Below, one piece after another: positions 62,801 to 64,000 of a stretch of DNA of 64,000 nucleotides. Under the pieces are notes generated by a model, which was given only the letters and a program-made list of their open reading frames with translations, was not told the DNA's origin and made no database searches. Source of the DNA: Candidatus Eiseniibacteriota bacterium (lineage in GTDB: Bacteria; Eisenbacteria; RBG-16-71-46; CAIMUX01; VGJL01); NCBI GenBank assembly GCA_963792585.1, contig CAWBWI010000003.1, forward strand, positions 608,001-672,000, given 5' to 3'. How positions within the stretch are numbered: the first letter of the stretch is position 1; each line of letters begins with the position of its first letter. The position numbers were made by a program, and so were the translations under genes.

Positions 62801-64000
62801 GGGGGAGGAGGCCCGTGGCAACCAGTAGGCTCGTGGCCAGGGCCACCGCAACGGTGACCGGCAGGCTCCCGATGAAGTCCCTCCCGATCCCTCTCATGAA
62901 TATGGCCATTGGCGCGTAGCACACGATGATGGCAAGGGTGGCGGTGAATACCGGGACCGCCATCTCGCGGGAGCTCTTCCAAGCCGCCGTCCATGGGTCC
63001 ATGCCGGAATCGAGCTTGTGCACGTGGTCGTCGACGACCACGATCGCGTTGTCCACGATCATGCCGAGGACCACGATGAGCCCGGCTAGTGACACCGTCT
63101 GCAACTGGACGCCCAGGGCGTTGAGAATCCCCAATGTGATGAAGATGCAGATGGGGATCGTCAGGGCCGCCACGCCTGCCACGCGCAAGGGGAGGAGCAG
63201 CATGGTCACCGCGATGACCGCGACGATGGCCAGTCCGAAGTCTCGCAGGAAGTGACCGACCGCGACCTTGACGACGTGCGGCTGGTCGGCGACCCGAGTG
63301 ATCTCCACCGTCGGCGGCAGCTCGAGCTGCGCCGCCCGGATCGCTTCGTCCACTTGCCGTCCGAAGTGGGTGATGTCGTTGCCCTTTTGCATCTCGATCG
63401 AGAGCACCAGCGCCGTCTTGCCATTGAAGCGGACGAAGGAGTCGCTGTGGCCATATTCCCGGGCGATCGTGGCGACGTCCTTGAGCCGCACATGTGGCCC
63501 GGTCGGGTTGGAAAGCAGGATGGTCTCGCCTAGCTCACTTTCGGAGAGCAGCACTTTGCCGACATGCACGGGCATCTCGAGATCATCGCTGTCGAGGCGC
63601 GACGGGGCCGGCGCGCCGCCGAGCCCCTGGAGAGTCATCCAGACGGTGGCCGGCCGAATGCCGTATCGAGCGAGCCTTTCTCGGGAAATGGTTACCCGGA
63701 TGATCTCCTTCTGTTCACCGAACTGACGTAGCTTGGACGTGGCGTCGATGCGACGCAGGTGGTTTTCCAGCACATCGAGCTGTCGTTCGAGATCGCGCGG
63801 GCTGTGTCCCTCGGCCACGACCGTGAAGAGAAGCGCGCTGGTGTCGCCAAAGTCGTTGTTGCCGATCAGCGCGAGCACCTGGGGAGACAGCTTCTGGCTC
63901 TTCAACTCGTTGAGACCGTGGCGGAGTTTCGCCCAGAAAGCGGGAGCTTCCGGTCCCGTCACACGATCGTTCAGCTCCACGTAGACAACCACCTGGCCGT
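59838..64000 (-). CDS. RND efflux permease (AcrB-type) fused to a TolC-family outer-membrane domain; 5' end lies outside the window
   Basis: GMIVDNAIVV, GLVVRNGILLV and RLRPIFLTS motifs. The frame continues into a TolC-like region (QPVFAGG...LLEAQ). Confidence 0.9.
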   Translation of the reverse strand, partial: GQVVVYVELNDRVTGPEAPAFWAKLRHGLNELKSQKLSPQVLALIGNNDFGDTSALLFTVVAEGHSPRDLERQLDVLENHLRRIDATSKLRQFGEQKEIIRVTISRERLARYGIRPATVWMTLQGLGGAPAPSRLDSDDLEMPVHVGKVLLSESELGETILLSNPTGPHVRLKDVATIAREYGHSDSFVRFNGKTALVLSIEMQKGNDITHFGRQVDEAIRAAQLELPPTVEITRVADQPHVVKVAVGHFLRDFGLAIVAVIAVTMLLLPLRVAGVAALTIPICIFITLGILNALGVQLQTVSLAGLIVVLGMIVDNAIVVVDDHVHKLDSGMDPWTAAWKSSREMAVPVFTATLAIIVCYAPMAIFMRGIGRDFIGSLPVTVAVALATSLLVATGLLPLLNVCWIRRGLIENRRDGRKSFLDRVQGIYDRGLASAFRYPRLTIGIGVVSVIAAILLGQAVPQQLFPKVDRNQFAVEVYLPNGRPLKETDEVVRRLERELLADRRVVNVTSFVGSSSPRFHTLYAPNMPARNYAQLLVNTVDENATIAVLQDSETRLRDAFPEGWVRWKQLAFELAPAQVEVRLSGDDIQTLKEVAQRIEAGAREIPSATWVRNDYEESLQGISVVPDPDACARLGVSPAYLQAALAAGSGQGLPVATIWEGDYPVRVLLGDDPRQSSSLEDFRQQYISSPFVAATVPLEQLAEIRPAWNEGAIVRRNGVRTLTVRVDVAAGEFASDVQRHLGTFVDKLGPTPGVRIEYGGERERGAEQFRSLSYSLAVSVAVIYLILLFQFKRHRRALLVMLTMPLGLLGSMLGLTVTQHPFGITAFVGIIGLMGLVVRNGILLVGHAEQLRHGHKVAPRDAALAAGQRRLRPIFLTSAAASVGVIPMILSGSTLWGPLGAVTCFGLLFSMALTLFVLPVAYWLVVRSEHPGKSIAPPSVGLALALMLFYPAAPVRAGEIPITLAQCKDLTLRNSAQIQEAELDLRSAQQTRLAALTTYFPQVSALGIAISAQSPLAEIGTPGQSLPVIDPDTGDPTGLTVSVPGGAMALAKRSNAVAVTALQPVFAGGRIVNGNRLATLGVAVARDKTALSRRDALAQTEEKYWRLVGLAEKERTLRAYECLLANLEVEATDAVAAGLVTSNDLLKVSLRRRQTEVDRLRLESGLRLSARDLRRHIGLPEADTIALADSTPPPPVDPSLLAGDRLGGEDRRPEIHLLNRAVQAERLQTSLKIGEMLPTVSVGAQWFRYDISGLGDESEALVFGMVSVPITGTWKGAHEAMAQRQKVRAAEISLADTRDLIGLEIDKSWDDLRASWIAVQVADAAVAQAEVNLNEESDRHENGLVTLSDLLEAQVLHHQALEQRIDARSDFWLKRSAYLRAIGTE

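Overview
GC-rich bacterial accessory region with no rRNA, tRNA or housekeeping operon recognised. FlgD/T9SS-type C-terminal domains, a C25 peptidase and a C-terminal TWGxVKxLYR motif suggest an Eisenbacteria/Latescibacteria-like FCB lineage (inference). From left to right: (1) 1-9.7 kb, a tightly coupled operon of two radical SAM enzymes, a divergent LysRS paralog, an MccF-like S66 peptidase, a GT2, an RmlD-HAD fusion, an HhH glycosylase-like protein, a HemK-like methyltransferase and a WYL regulator. (2) 12.7-15.6 kb, a mobile-element recombination module (annealase-like, RecB/Cas4-like exonuclease, RadC, DUF932). The 3' end of the DUF932 gene recurs as four direct repeats (15.6, 17.4, 34.9, 46.9 kb) separating cargo blocks: an AlbA_2/Schlafen gene; an RHS and secreted-protein block ending in a group IIC intron stub; a complete type I-E CRISPR-Cas with 41 repeats; and a decayed methyltransferase/HEPN block. 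(3) 52-64 kb, PhoD, an ArsR-DoxX-NmrA redox operon containing a candidate unannotated selenoprotein, a YejM-like sulfatase and an RND-TolC fusion. All family calls come from reading motifs by eye, not from database searches.
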